Assembly: GCA_043718025.1 (NCBI GenBank)
Contig: JAYSWN010000068.1
Location: 74,771 to 138,770, forward strand
DNA: 64,000 nt
Source of the DNA: Pseudomonadota bacterium
GTDB taxonomy: Bacteria > Bdellovibrionota > FAC87 > UBA2466
Reading direction: 5' to 3'
Shown here: one piece after another, positions 1-10,900 of the stretch
How the letters are laid out: every line of letters starts with the position of its first letter
Position numbering within the stretch: position 1 is the first letter of the stretch
Made by a program: the position numbers and the translations under genes
Notes under the pieces: model-generated
Seen by the model: the letters and a program-made list of their open reading frames with translations, nothing else
Databases searched by the model: none
What the model was told of the DNA's origin: nothing

Positions 1-341
1 GCCAAGAACAAATGTTCGGTGCTGATGAAATCATCTTTCAGAGCCTTGGCTTCTTCTTCTGCCTGCACCAACAGACGGTTGGTTTGCGCGTTCAAGTAAG
101 GTTGAACGTTACCGTGAACCTGCGGTTTTTTATTTAAATCGCCTTCGACGTCGGCCAGAATTTTTCCTGACGAACCTGCACTCATCGATTCAAGGCACGG
201 TGAAATTAACCCGTCCTTTTGCTTTAAAAGCGCGGCGAGTAAATGCTCCGGATCCACACTCTGGTGATTGCGTTTCACCGTCTGGCTCTGCGCGTCAACG
301 ACGGCTTCTTGAGCTTTCACCGTAAATTGGTTTAGATTCAT
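1..341 (-). CDS. clpB: ATP-dependent chaperone ClpB, N-terminal part (runs off the window edge)
   Basis: Not in the ORF track. Manual translation from ATG at 341 gives MNLNQFTVKAQEAVVDAQ...HQSVDPEHLLAALL...EEEAKALKDDFISTEHLFL, i.e. two Clp_N repeats. GAGG RBS upstream. Confidence 0.85.
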   Translation of the reverse strand, partial: MNLNQFTVKAQEAVVDAQSQTVKRNHQSVDPEHLLAALLKQKDGLISPCLESMSAGSSGKILADVEGDLNKKPQVHGNVQPYLNAQTNRLLVQAEEEAKALKDDFISTEHLFL

Positions 342-386
342 TAGTTACCTCAATAGCTTAGCGATTGGGTCTAAGTATGGAGTGCT

Positions 387-2207
387 TTGGCTGAAAGTCA
401 AAAATCAGAGGGCGTGCAAGCGTTCTCCGAAGGGGAAGAGAACCTACTGAAATCTTTAAGTTTTTGGGCTTTGATCGCCCGGTTTCGGGGGGCTTACTTT
501 AGGGGGATTCTGACGCTATTTTTAGTCGATGCGGCGAACGTCGCGATACCCCTGTGCCTAAAAAACGCGATCGATGCCATTAATATTTCGTATCGCGAAA
601 GAGTTTACGTCCTTGGGGCGGCCATTCTGGCGCTCTATTGTGTTCAAGCGGTGGGGCGGTACCTGTGGCGCATTTTTTTGATCGGCGCCTCTCATCGCAT
701 CATCTCGATCTACCGAAAAAAATTCTTCGAGCACGTGCTTAACGTTCCCGCCCATTCCCTAAAAATGAGCAGCGGAGATCTCTTGTCGCGTGCCACACAA
801 GACATTGAGTCGGTTCGCATGGCGCTTGGGCCGGGCGTGCTGGTAATTGCCGATTGTGTGATTTTATTTTTCCTAATCCTCCCCGCAATGTGGGGAATCT
901 CTCCTCGGTTAACGCTGGTGTCGCTGGCACTCATGCCCTTGGTGCCACTACTCACTTTTTTTTGCGGAAGCCGAATCGATAAACTATTTGAAAAGTTACA
1001 AGACCAGACTTCGGTGATGACCGGTTTCATTCGCGAACGATTTACTCACGTGCGTCTCATCAAAGCTTTTGCAGCCGAATCAATCTCCACAAATGAGCTT
1101 TCAAAGCTCAGCATTGCTTACCGCAACACGGGTAAGCAGCTCGCCGTAGTAGAAAGTTTTTTTTCGCCCGGTTTAGCATTTCTGACCAATCTGGGTACGG
1201 TGCTCATCTTAGTGGTAGGAGGGAATTTGGCGCTGGAGGGCACTCTAACCATCGGTGCGTTTATCGCGTTCCAAAGACTGTTAGTTCAGCTTTCTTGGCC
1301 GATGGAAGCCATTGGTTGGGGGGTCACGCTCACTCGTGAAGCCAAAGCCGCTCACCGTCGACTTAATCAAGTGCTCGACGTTCCAAGTGATTCAGAAATT
1401 GTCACACAAACCCCCGCAGTGAGAGGCCAACCCGTTCTAGAAATTCGTGACCTAAACATGCGGTTACCCTTTGCCGGCGGCCAAAATCCACAGCCCGGCA
1501 ACCAAATGACCCTCCGTGCCCAAGAACTTAAGGTCGAACCGGGTAAATGGGTTGGAGTAGTGGGGCCGATTGCGAGTGGCAAGAGCACGCTCTTCGATGT
1601 CATTTTGCGCATGTGGGATCCCCCCCCGGGTTCGGTATTCTTAGGTGGTACCGACATCACCAAGATTTCACGGCGGGAATTACGTAACCGGATACGTATT
1701 GTCGACCAGCCGATTACCCTGCTCGGTGAAAATTTATTTGCGAACGTAAGTCTGTCATTAAACGGCAACATGAACTCCGAAATGTTAGCCGCCTTGAGTA
1801 GGTTGGCTTCACTCAACGTGCATGAACGGTTTGGGGACAGCGCAATCGACGATAAACTTTCTGAACGCGGTAGTGACCTGTCCGGGGGGCAAAAACAACG
1901 TGTGGCTTTAATCCGCGCCTTGGCCACGAAACCTGATTTGTTGCTCCTCGATGATCCTTTCTCCGGCATCGATCTCATTACCGAGCGAGCCATATTTTCA
2001 AATATTCGACGCGAATACCCAATGACCGCGGCACTTTTTATCACTCACCGTTTTGAACTCATGGAAGAGATGGATGAGGTTTGGGTATTTGAACACGGGC
2101 AGTTGATCAAAAGCGGCACCCACCGCAGCTTGCTTCAAGAGACGGAGCTTTACCGGCGATTGGCCCAGATTCCCGAACCCCATGCGCGGCCAAGTGGAGG
2201 ACTATGA
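387..2207 (+). CDS. ABC exporter, TMD+NBD half transporter (MdlA/YheI-like)
   Basis: Six-TM N-terminal half, Walker A GPIASGKS, LSGGQ signature, Walker B LLLDD (Asp in place of the catalytic Glu). TTG start uncertain. Confidence 0.9.
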   Translation: MAESQKSEGVQAFSEGEENLLKSLSFWALIARFRGAYFRGILTLFLVDAANVAIPLCLKNAIDAINISYRERVYVLGAAILALYCVQAVGRYLWRIFLIGASHRIISIYRKKFFEHVLNVPAHSLKMSSGDLLSRATQDIESVRMALGPGVLVIADCVILFFLILPAMWGISPRLTLVSLALMPLVPLLTFFCGSRIDKLFEKLQDQTSVMTGFIRERFTHVRLIKAFAAESISTNELSKLSIAYRNTGKQLAVVESFFSPGLAFLTNLGTVLILVVGGNLALEGTLTIGAFIAFQRLLVQLSWPMEAIGWGVTLTREAKAAHRRLNQVLDVPSDSEIVTQTPAVRGQPVLEIRDLNMRLPFAGGQNPQPGNQMTLRAQELKVEPGKWVGVVGPIASGKSTLFDVILRMWDPPPGSVFLGGTDITKISRRELRNRIRIVDQPITLLGENLFANVSLSLNGNMNSEMLAALSRLASLNVHERFGDSAIDDKLSERGSDLSGGQKQRVALIRALATKPDLLLLDDPFSGIDLITERAIFSNIRREYPMTAALFITHRFELMEEMDEVWVFEHGQLIKSGTHRSLLQETELYRRLAQIPEPHARPSGGL

Positions 2208-3931
2208 AACGGTTTTTCGAAAAATGGCCTTCTCCGATAAAAAGTGCGCTCGTGGCCATGAAGTTTCGTTTCGGAATTGCGGGAGCGCTTTTACTCGTCT
2301 CAACTGGCATCGAAGTATTGCTACCTTTATTACAAGGTAAAATTGTTGACCTCATTCTGAAATCGTTCGGCAAAGAATCACTAAGCCGCGTTGTCTATTG
2401 GTTTCTAGGGGCGATAGTTCTTAAAGGGGTATCCGATGGGGTGCAGGCATACGTGGTTCAATCCATCGGACAGGACTTTACCCACAATCTGCGGACGGAG
2501 ATGTTTCGTCGGATGCTCCATTTTCCGGTGACCTATTTCGATAAGATCGCGTCGGGTCGCTTGGTTACGCGAATCATCACTGATCTGAGGTCAATGGGTG
2601 AACTATTTTCGGCCAGTATCTGTGTGGCGGGATTAGACGTTGTTGTCATCCTGGCTTCCGTAGTGATCATGGTTTGGCTTCAGCCGGTGCTTGCTATGGT
2701 ACTGCTGCTGCCCGTACCTTTTGCTTTTTACCTTATCCACCGCTACGGAGAAAAGGTGGCCGTGGCCTTTCGTATTGCGCGTTCGCGACTGGGAACCATT
2801 ACCGGCTTTCTCGGGGAGAATTTTGGGGCCTTAACCACCATTCAGCGTCTGGCGGGAGAAAAAGCCCAAAGTAAAAAGTTTTCGCGGCTGGTGCAAGATC
2901 ACCAAGACTCTCAGATGAATGCCCTGCGCGTTTTTGCCATGGCTCAGCCGATAATCAACGCCACAAACGGCTTAACCTTCAGTCTCTTGGTCATCTTCGG
3001 GGGGCTGGGGGTCATCGATAAAAGGTGGTCCCTCGGCGTGTTAGTGGCTTTTTTGGGCTACCTAAAGAATCTTTTCCAACCACTTCGCGATCTTATCGAG
3101 AAATACAACACCATCCTTGCCGCGCGGGTGGCGTTCGAACGCGTGTTCTCGATTTTTACTGAAAAGCTAGAGAGCGACTTGACGATAGGCAAAGAGATTT
3201 CCAAGACGAGCGAGTTTTCTATCGAGTTTGAAGATGTCACCTTCCGCTACCCTGAGGGTAAGGGCTTGGTGTTAAACCAAGTGTCTTTTACGGTGGCGGC
3301 CGGAGAGACCGTGGCGATTATCGGGCCTACCGGCGGCGGAAAATCGACTATATTTCGCCTGTTGCTCGGTTTTTACCGGCACTCCTATGGTCTGATTCGA
3401 ATTGCCGGCGTAGATTTGAGTGAACTAAACCTCGAAAGTTTACGGCAAAAGATTGGTTTCGTGGCCCAAGAGCTGTTTCTGTTTCGCGGTACGGTCAGAG
3501 AAAACCTGACGGTGGGAAGTGAAAAATGGTCTGAGGCTCAGATGCTTTCTTCATTGGAGACGGTTGGCCTCTGGGAGCGGATCAAAGAGCGCGGCGGCCT
3601 CGGCCTCTTTCTCGAAGAGGGGGGAGAAAATCTTTCGCTTGGCGAGCGGCAGCTACTTGCCATGGCCCGAGTCTTTTTAAGTAATCCGCCGTTGCTTTTG
3701 TTCGACGAAGTGACCTCGCAAATTGACGCGAAAACCGAGAGCATGATTTTAAATGCGCTGGAGATCCTAAGGCGGGGAAGAACCTGTTTGTTCATTGCTC
3801 ACCGACCGAAAGCGGCCGAGCTGGCCGACAAAGTGATTGAGATTCGTGAAGGAAAAGCCTACACCAAGGTTCAAAGCTCCTTGGTCGATAAAGGCAAGCC
3901 ATTGCCGGTTATTCCGTCGCTGACGACTTAG
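2204..3931 (+). CDS. ABC exporter, TMD+NBD half transporter (MdlB/YheH-like), partner of the upstream gene
   Basis: ATGA overlap with the upstream gene, Walker A GPTGGGKS, degenerate signature LSLGE, Walker B LLFDE. Confidence 0.9.
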   Translation: MKRFFEKWPSPIKSALVAMKFRFGIAGALLLVSTGIEVLLPLLQGKIVDLILKSFGKESLSRVVYWFLGAIVLKGVSDGVQAYVVQSIGQDFTHNLRTEMFRRMLHFPVTYFDKIASGRLVTRIITDLRSMGELFSASICVAGLDVVVILASVVIMVWLQPVLAMVLLLPVPFAFYLIHRYGEKVAVAFRIARSRLGTITGFLGENFGALTTIQRLAGEKAQSKKFSRLVQDHQDSQMNALRVFAMAQPIINATNGLTFSLLVIFGGLGVIDKRWSLGVLVAFLGYLKNLFQPLRDLIEKYNTILAARVAFERVFSIFTEKLESDLTIGKEISKTSEFSIEFEDVTFRYPEGKGLVLNQVSFTVAAGETVAIIGPTGGGKSTIFRLLLGFYRHSYGLIRIAGVDLSELNLESLRQKIGFVAQELFLFRGTVRENLTVGSEKWSEAQMLSSLETVGLWERIKERGGLGLFLEEGGENLSLGERQLLAMARVFLSNPPLLLFDEVTSQIDAKTESMILNALEILRRGRTCLFIAHRPKAAELADKVIEIREGKAYTKVQSSLVDKGKPLPVIPSLTT

Positions 3932-4838
3932 TCGAGTTCAGAATCTGGTGTTTTTCCAGCGCCAGAAAGAGCCTCTCCATTCCGATTGCCACCCCGGCTA
4001 CCGGTCCTACGTTCTGTTTGGCTGCTTCGATAAGATCTTTAGGAAAGGGGTGGCGTGTCTTTCCCGCCGCTTCACGCGTTTTTGACTCTTTTTCGTAACG
4101 CTTTTGCAGTTCAGTTGGAGACCAAAGCTCGGTGCAGCCGTTAGCGATTTCCATTCCGTGCCAGTAAATTTCAAAACGCTCGGCAAATTGACCATCACTT
4201 CCGGGCTTGGATAATGGCGAAACTGCGATTGGGTAATCGATAAGGGCGGTTGGCACACGGTGGGGAAGCACGGTCTCTACTTCATCCAAAACCAACTTAA
4301 AAAACAGATCCTCCCAAGAATCAGTTTGGGCAACCGATTGGTTTCCACGGCGCATCGCCTCTTGGTAAAAAATGTGAGTATTCGACATCTTGCTTAGTTC
4401 AATGCCAGTGTTTTCTTTGAGAAGCTCAGATATCGAATGTGTTTCAGCATGCAAAGGAGTCGGGCCACAGAGATGCCCAAAAAAGGCAAAGGTTTCGCTT
4501 AAAAGCTCCTTTGCGGAAAAGCCCACTCGGTAGAATTCCAGCATCGAAAATTCTATCTTATGAATAGGGGTGTCGGGATCATCGCGGAATGAGCGGCATA
4601 TTTGGTAGATTGATTGCGGATTGGTTGCCAATAGACGTTTCATCGCAATCTCTGGGGAGGTGTGCAGCTCAGCTTCACCTCTGCTCCAGGCAACCTTTAG
4701 GCAGTCCAGAGTGCTTTCGAACGCACCCACCGGCACCAGATGATTGGTGGTCACTTCAAGGTAGCCGCGAGCATCCAGAAACTCTCGAGTTTGCTTGAGA
4801 AACGCCGCCCATTCCCTAATTTTTGTTGGTCCATCCAT
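3909..4838 (-). CDS. epmA: EF-P lysine aminoacylase EpmA (GenX/PoxA)
   Basis: LHTSPEIAMKRLLA, FRDD...H..EFSMLEFYR, ERFEIYWHGMEIANG and GVAIGMERL motifs: LysRS-like catalytic core without the anticodon domain. Confidence 0.9.
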   Translation of the reverse strand: MDGPTKIREWAAFLKQTREFLDARGYLEVTTNHLVPVGAFESTLDCLKVAWSRGEAELHTSPEIAMKRLLATNPQSIYQICRSFRDDPDTPIHKIEFSMLEFYRVGFSAKELLSETFAFFGHLCGPTPLHAETHSISELLKENTGIELSKMSNTHIFYQEAMRRGNQSVAQTDSWEDLFFKLVLDEVETVLPHRVPTALIDYPIAVSPLSKPGSDGQFAERFEIYWHGMEIANGCTELWSPTELQKRYEKESKTREAAGKTRHPFPKDLIEAAKQNVGPVAGVAIGMERLFLALEKHQILNSTKSSATE

Positions 4839-4888
4839 CTGCCCGCAGGTTATAGTCTAACGCGAAGGGCAAAGCTACTGAGACCAAA

Positions 4889-5767
4889 ATGCGGATAGAC
4901 AAGTACTTACAAATTCAATTTCCGGGCCTCACACGTCGACAGATTGAAGAGGCCATTGCGGGTGGCTTGGTTGTCTTTCCTAGCGGAAAAAAGATTTCGA
5001 AGGGCGAACGGGCTTTTAAGGCTGAAGACCTAAACCTTGATCTTCTTCACGCCCATTTGCTAAAGCTCACTCACGGAAATACTTCTCTGATCATCTACCA
5101 GCTTGAAGATCACGCTGACTTTTGTGTGGTGGATAAGCCCGCCGGCACCCCATCTCATCCTATTTCACTACTCGATTTTGACACGATTTCTCATTGGGCC
5201 CTGGCAAAGTATCCGGAAATCGCAAAAGAGTTTTCGGAATGCCAACCCACGGTTACTCCGCACCGGTTAGACACAGGCACCTCCGGCGTGTTGGTGGTCG
5301 CCAAAACGAAAAACTCCTTTCTTAAATGGCGCGAGCATTTCTCCGCTAGAGAGATCACCAAGAAATATCTGGCCTGGTGCTGGGGGAACCCGAAAGAAGT
5401 GAGTTTCGTTGTCAAAAATCATTTGGCGCATGACAACGCCGACGCAAGAAAAATGCGTGGGGGCAAAGAGGGCGATAAGGGGGTGCGCCCTCCTTTTCTC
5501 GCTGCCCACTCCACGATGCGGGTGGAAAGGCGGCTTAAAAATAAATTTTTGATGAGTATTGAGTGCAGCACGGGAGTGACTCACCAAGTTCGAGTACATT
5601 GTGCAGAGCTGGGCTTTCCGTTGGTGGGCGATTCTTTATATGACCCGGAATTTAGCGACCGTTTGGATAAACCAGCTTGGCACGAGCTTAGGGCCGTGGC
5701 CGTCATCGGCCCCGCTTTTTCTTTCAAGGCCCCCGACGCTGATTTCTGTAAGAAATATCAGGACTAG
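4889..5767 (+). CDS. RluA/RluD-family pseudouridine synthase with N-terminal S4-like segment
   Basis: MRIDKYL start, VDKPAG, catalytic HRLDTGTSG, TGVTHQVRVH and GDSLY motifs. Confidence 0.92.
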   Translation: MRIDKYLQIQFPGLTRRQIEEAIAGGLVVFPSGKKISKGERAFKAEDLNLDLLHAHLLKLTHGNTSLIIYQLEDHADFCVVDKPAGTPSHPISLLDFDTISHWALAKYPEIAKEFSECQPTVTPHRLDTGTSGVLVVAKTKNSFLKWREHFSAREITKKYLAWCWGNPKEVSFVVKNHLAHDNADARKMRGGKEGDKGVRPPFLAAHSTMRVERRLKNKFLMSIECSTGVTHQVRVHCAELGFPLVGDSLYDPEFSDRLDKPAWHELRAVAVIGPAFSFKAPDADFCKKYQD

Positions 5768-5770
5768 AAG

Positions 5771-7855
5771 TTGGACATAAAAGCGCAAAATCCAATCGAG
5801 AAGCAGGTAATTTTGGTGGGGGCTGGCAATGCTCACCTTGTTTTCATAAAAAAATGGCGCATGAAGTCCAGCCCGCGTGTTTCGATCGTGCTCATTAACG
5901 AATCGGCTGAAATGCCCTACTCCGCAATGATTCCCGGATTTTTGGCCCGGGAATACTGGCTAAATCAAGTTACTGTAGACTTAGTTCGCCTCTGTCGCTC
6001 AGCGGGAGTTCGTCTAATTGCAGGCAATCGGGTAACCGAGATCGATCTTAACGCAAAGCAGGTAGCGCTCTCCGCTCGGCCGACCCCTATGCCTTTTGAT
6101 TTTCTGTCGTTGAACGTCGGTAATGTAGCTGGTGAATCCGCGGGAGTGGCTTCCTCTGTTTTTCCTTTGCGTCCTCTCTCTCTTTTTCTTTCACGGCTTC
6201 CCGAACTCGATGAATTGGCAAAACGAGAGAAAACGATTGCCGTAGTGGGTGCGGGTCCATCGGGCTGCGAGGTGGCACTTGGCTTGGCTAACCGTTACCG
6301 CGATAGACCCGTCCGGATCGAAGTGTACGAGAGCGCTGACCGGGCCGTTCCCGAATTTCCTAAAAGGGCAGCAGACTGGTTTCAGCGGCGGTTTCGAAAA
6401 AACCAAATTCTATTTTTTCCAAACCGACAGTTAGATGAAAAATCTTATAAAGATTTTGGCGCAGTCATAATCGCCACTTCGCCGAGGCCAGAGACTTGGT
6501 TCACGCACTCGGGCCTAGATTGCGATGGCCGCGGGTTTGTAAAAGTTGGGCCAACTTTACAGTCAGTGTCTCACGAGTTTGTTTTTGCGGCGGGTGATGT
6601 AGCCGCGGTGCAAGGGGTTCGTCCCTTTGCGAAGAACGGTGTTTACTCGGTTCGCATGGGAGAAACCCTCTATCATTCGATCTCGGCCGCATTGCAATCT
6701 CAACCATTCCCAAAATTCCGCCCCCAGCCGAGGTATCTTGCGCTAATGAACGGAGGGCAGGGCGACGGCATGTTTAGTTATGGCGCGTTCACGCTCTATG
6801 GTCGCTGGGCGCGCAAATTGAAGTCACGCATCGATGAGGCTTGGGTATCGAGTTTTTTGAGTCCCGCGATGGCCGAAGATGAAGTGCCAGAGCCCATGCG
6901 CTGCTTAGGTTGCGCAGCAAAGGTGTCCGGCGCAGTGCTGAACGATAGCCTCGATAAGCTATCGCTCCTAGAGCGCGAAGACTCTACGATTGAAGAGCAT
7001 GCAGACTGTGAAAAGGTATCTCTAAAGTCGGTAGATTTTCTTTCTTTGTTTTTGGATGATCCCTTCACGTTTGGAAAAATCGCCGCGCTTCATAGCGTAA
7101 GCGACATCTACGCTATGAATGGTTCGCCGCAAACCGCGTTGGCCATTCTTACGGTTCCCTGGTCGGCCGAGAGGATCCAGAAGCAGTGGATTTTAGAAGT
7201 GATGAATGGTGCCGCGGAGATTGCTCGCCAAGAGGGGTTTGCGATCAACGGAGGTCACACTGGTGAGGCTGACCGACTCTCTTTTGGCTTGAGCGTAAGT
7301 GGCGAGGCCTTCAAATCGAAGTTGTTTTTAAAAAGCCAACTCCAGCCCGGCGATATTTTGGTGCTCACGAAAAAGTTGGGAGTCGGAACTCTCCTCGCTG
7401 CGTGGATGCGATCAATGGCCACCGCCGGTGAAATGAAAGAAGGTCTCGATGAAATGCTGAAGAGTAACTCTCTGGCCAGAATGGTCTTCGATGCAGTCGG
7501 AGTTAAAGCCGCCACTGACGTGACCGGTTTCGGTTTGGCCGGCCATCTTGGTGACATGCTCGATAAAAGTGGAGTCTCGGTTCGATTTGAATTTGACGCT
7601 TCGTTCGCGTTGTCTAGTTTTCAACGGCTGAATGGATTAGGAATTCACAGCACGATTTATCCTGAAAACAAGCGATACGGTTCCCGCTTTTGCGAAGCCC
7701 TGCCTGAAATCTTTTTTGATCCACAGACTTCCGGGGGGCTCTTAGGAGCTATTCCCAGCAATAAGTGGAATGCTTTTGAAAAATTATCGGTTGATAGAGG
7801 GCTGTTTTATTCGAAACTGGGGATCGTAGAACCCCCTAAATCGGCTTTAAATTAG
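5771..7855 (+). CDS. selD: Fusion of an FAD/NAD(P)-dependent oxidoreductase and selenophosphate synthetase (Cys-type SelD)
   Basis: N-terminal LVGAGNAH, VVGAGPSGCE and FAAGD motifs; C-terminal CLGCAAK, SVDF, SDIYAMNG, GGHT, ATDVTGFGLAGH and DPQTSGGLL SelD motifs. Confidence 0.9.
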   Translation: MDIKAQNPIEKQVILVGAGNAHLVFIKKWRMKSSPRVSIVLINESAEMPYSAMIPGFLAREYWLNQVTVDLVRLCRSAGVRLIAGNRVTEIDLNAKQVALSARPTPMPFDFLSLNVGNVAGESAGVASSVFPLRPLSLFLSRLPELDELAKREKTIAVVGAGPSGCEVALGLANRYRDRPVRIEVYESADRAVPEFPKRAADWFQRRFRKNQILFFPNRQLDEKSYKDFGAVIIATSPRPETWFTHSGLDCDGRGFVKVGPTLQSVSHEFVFAAGDVAAVQGVRPFAKNGVYSVRMGETLYHSISAALQSQPFPKFRPQPRYLALMNGGQGDGMFSYGAFTLYGRWARKLKSRIDEAWVSSFLSPAMAEDEVPEPMRCLGCAAKVSGAVLNDSLDKLSLLEREDSTIEEHADCEKVSLKSVDFLSLFLDDPFTFGKIAALHSVSDIYAMNGSPQTALAILTVPWSAERIQKQWILEVMNGAAEIARQEGFAINGGHTGEADRLSFGLSVSGEAFKSKLFLKSQLQPGDILVLTKKLGVGTLLAAWMRSMATAGEMKEGLDEMLKSNSLARMVFDAVGVKAATDVTGFGLAGHLGDMLDKSGVSVRFEFDASFALSSFQRLNGLGIHSTIYPENKRYGSRFCEALPEIFFDPQTSGGLLGAIPSNKWNAFEKLSVDRGLFYSKLGIVEPPKSALN

Positions 7856-7867
7856 CGTTTAAAAGGC

Positions 7868-7903
7868 AAAAAAAAGGCCCGGCAGCAGAGCTACCGGGCC
7901 TTT
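7868..7903 (-). terminator. Intrinsic terminator after rpoC, probably bidirectional with selD
   Basis: Stem AAAGGCCCGG/CCGGGCCTTT, A8 tract on + (U8 on -), located between convergent stops. Confidence 0.85.
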
Positions 7904-7917
7904 AAAATGTTTGTGGC

Positions 7918-10900
7918 TTACAACTTCGCTTCTGCGTTCAACGCATCTTCGTCGTCTAAAGACGTCGGAATATCAAGCAGCTCTTCTTCGGTCTGCTCGG
8001 CTTCCTGCACGTCGATCATGACGCGTCGGTAAATGTCGATACCCGTACCGGCTGGGATGAGACGTCCCATTATGACGTTCTCTTTCAGGCCGCGGAGGCG
8101 ATCGACTTTTCCTTGAATAGCCGCTTCGGTAAGAACCTTTGTGGTCTCTTGAAACGAGGCCGCCGAGATAAAGCTCTCGGTGCTCAAAGATGCCTTGGTA
8201 ATACCGAGTAGTAACGGTGCGGCTTCCGCTGGGCGCTTGCCCAACTTCTTGACGCGTTCGTTCTCTTCCTCAAACTTCCACTTCTCGATATGCTCGCCAA
8301 GTAGAGTGTCGGTATCACCTGGGTCGGTGACGCGAACTCGCTTCAACATCTGACGCACAATCAATTCGATGTGCTTGTCATTGATGCGCACACCTTGCAG
8401 ACGATAAACTTCCTGCACTTCGTCTACTAGGTACTTTGCTAAGGCCTTGTCGCCCAAGATCTGAAGAATATCGTGCGGATTTGCCGCGCCATCCATTAAG
8501 GCCTCACCAGCACGCACGTGGTCACCCTCGCGTACGCTGATGTGCTTACCCTTAAGGATCAGATATTCCTTTGGCTCGCCGTGTTCAGGAGTAATCAGCA
8601 GCTTGCGCTTACCTTTACTATCCTTACCAAACGAAACCACGCCATCAACTTCAGCAATCGCCGCAGTGTCTTTCGGTTTCCGCGCTTCAAAAAGCTCAGC
8701 TACACGAGGGAGACCGCCGGTAATGTCCTTGGTCTTGGTGGTTTCTCTAGGAATCTTAGCAATTGCGTCACCCGGAAGGATCTCTTCTCCATCCGTTACA
8801 ACGAGATTCGCGCCCATGGGAATAAGGTAACTCACTTTTGGCGTCTTCTTAGCGTCCTTTTCCGGTAGATTCGGGTCGATAATCAATATGCGAGGTCGCA
8901 AATCGCCATCTCGTGAATCGATAATGGTACGCCGGCTTAGGCCAGTAACCTCATCCACTTGCTCGCTGAGCGACATACCTTCGGTAATATCGACGTAAGC
9001 AATTTTACCGCCCTGCTCGGTAAGAACAGGAATGGTATAAGGATCCCAGTTAGCAACAACTTGACCGCGCTTCACTCGCTCGCCGTCATTGACGTTTAAG
9101 CGGGCACCGTAAACCAACGGATACCGTTCACGCTCGCGACCTGTGTCGTCAAGAATGGCGATTTCACCATTTCGGTTCATTGCGGTAAAGGTTCCATGTC
9201 TGTCTTTCACGGAGTTGACGCGAATCAACTTCACGACACCATCATGGCGCACTTCAAGAGAACTCTGCTCAGCTCTTCGGCTCGCCGTGCCACCAACGTG
9301 GAACGTGCGCATCGTTAACTGAGTGCCGGGTTCACCAATACTCTGTGCTGCAATAATACCGGCGGCTTCGCCAATATTTACTAAATGGCCGCGAGATAAA
9401 TCGCGCCCGTAGCAGTAACAGCACACACCAACTTTTAGTTTGCAGGTTAAGGCTGAGCGAATGATGACTTTTTCAATGCCGGCTTCTTCAACCAAGCGCA
9501 TTTTTTCTTCGTCAATCATCCCGTTCATCTCAACAAGCATTTTGCCGGTGTAGGGATCGTTGATGTCATCCAAAGCCACACGGCCAAGGATACGGTCACC
9601 AATTGGTTCAATTACCTCGCCGCCTTCAATCAGCGCCGAAATCTCGATACCATCAGTGCTCTTACAATCTACTTCGGTCACTACGATATCCTGCGCTACG
9701 TCGACTAAACGACGAGTGAGGTATCCGGAATGCGCGGTTTTAAGTGCTGTATCAGCCAAACCTTTTCGCGCTCCGTGAGTTGAAATGAAGTACTGAAGGG
9801 CATCTAGACCCTCGCGAAAATTCGCGGTGATCGGAGTTTCAATGATCGCGCCCGAGGGGCGTGCCATTAATCCACGCATACCTGCAAGCTGACGAATCTG
9901 GGCCGCGCTACCGCGGGCACCGGAATCGGCCATCATGTAGATCGAGTTCAAGCTGGTCATCGCGACCATCTTGCCGTCTTTGTCCTTCATCTTTTCGGTG
10001 GACAACTCTTCCATCAACTCTTCGGCAATCTGCTCAGTTACCTGCGCCCAAATGTCGATGACTTTGTTGTAACGTTCACCGTCCGTAATCAAGCCTTCAA
10101 TGTACTGATTCTGAATCTCTTGGACTTCCGTGTAGGCTCCATCGAGCAGCTCTTTCTTGCGTTGCGGGATTTTCATGTCCTGCATGCAAATACTAATGCC
10201 GCCTTTAGTTGCGTACTCAAAACCCAACGTACGTAGCCTGTCCGCCAGCATTACCGTGCGTTTATTGCCGGTCGAGCGGTAGGTGTTGTCCATCAAAGCC
10301 GAGAGGGCTTTTTTGTTCATCACGCAGTTGTAGGTATCGAATGGAATCTCGATAGGGCAAATTTCACGGAGAATTAAACGACCCGGAGTCGTTTCATACC
10401 GTTTCATCACGCCATCTTTATCAATTACGCGACAAGTAATCTTAGCGTGAAGATCGAGCTCACCAATCTCATGCGCATAAATTGCTTCATGTGGATTTGC
10501 GAAAGTCTTGCCTTCACCCTTTTGATTAATGCGCTGCTGGGTCATGTAATACACGCCCAACACAATGTCCTGCGTAGGATCGATAATCGGTTTACCGAAT
10601 GCGGGCGAAAGGATGTTGTTCGTAGACATCATCAGCACGCGGGCTTCCAATTGGGCTTCCACGCTCAAAGGAACGTGAACGGCCATCTGGTCACCGTCGA
10701 AATCGGCATTAAAAGTGGAACAGACCAAAGGATGCAACTGAATCGCTTTTCCTTCGATAAGAACCGGCTCAAAGGCCTGAATTCCCAAACGATGCAATGT
10801 CGGAGCACGATTCAGCAGAATCGGATGCTCTTTCACCACTTCTTCGAGAATGTCCCAAACTTCTTCTTTTTCCTTCTCCACCATCTTCTTTGCGCTTTTG

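Noticed and set aside
358..388. Possible CIRCE (HrcA) element upstream of clpB
   Set aside because: Only a GAGTGCT half-site matches; the left arm is poor and the spacing is 13 nt rather than 9.
6895..6925. Selenocysteine codon in SelD
   Set aside because: The active-site region reads Cys-Leu-Gly-Cys with TGC codons; there is no in-frame TGA.
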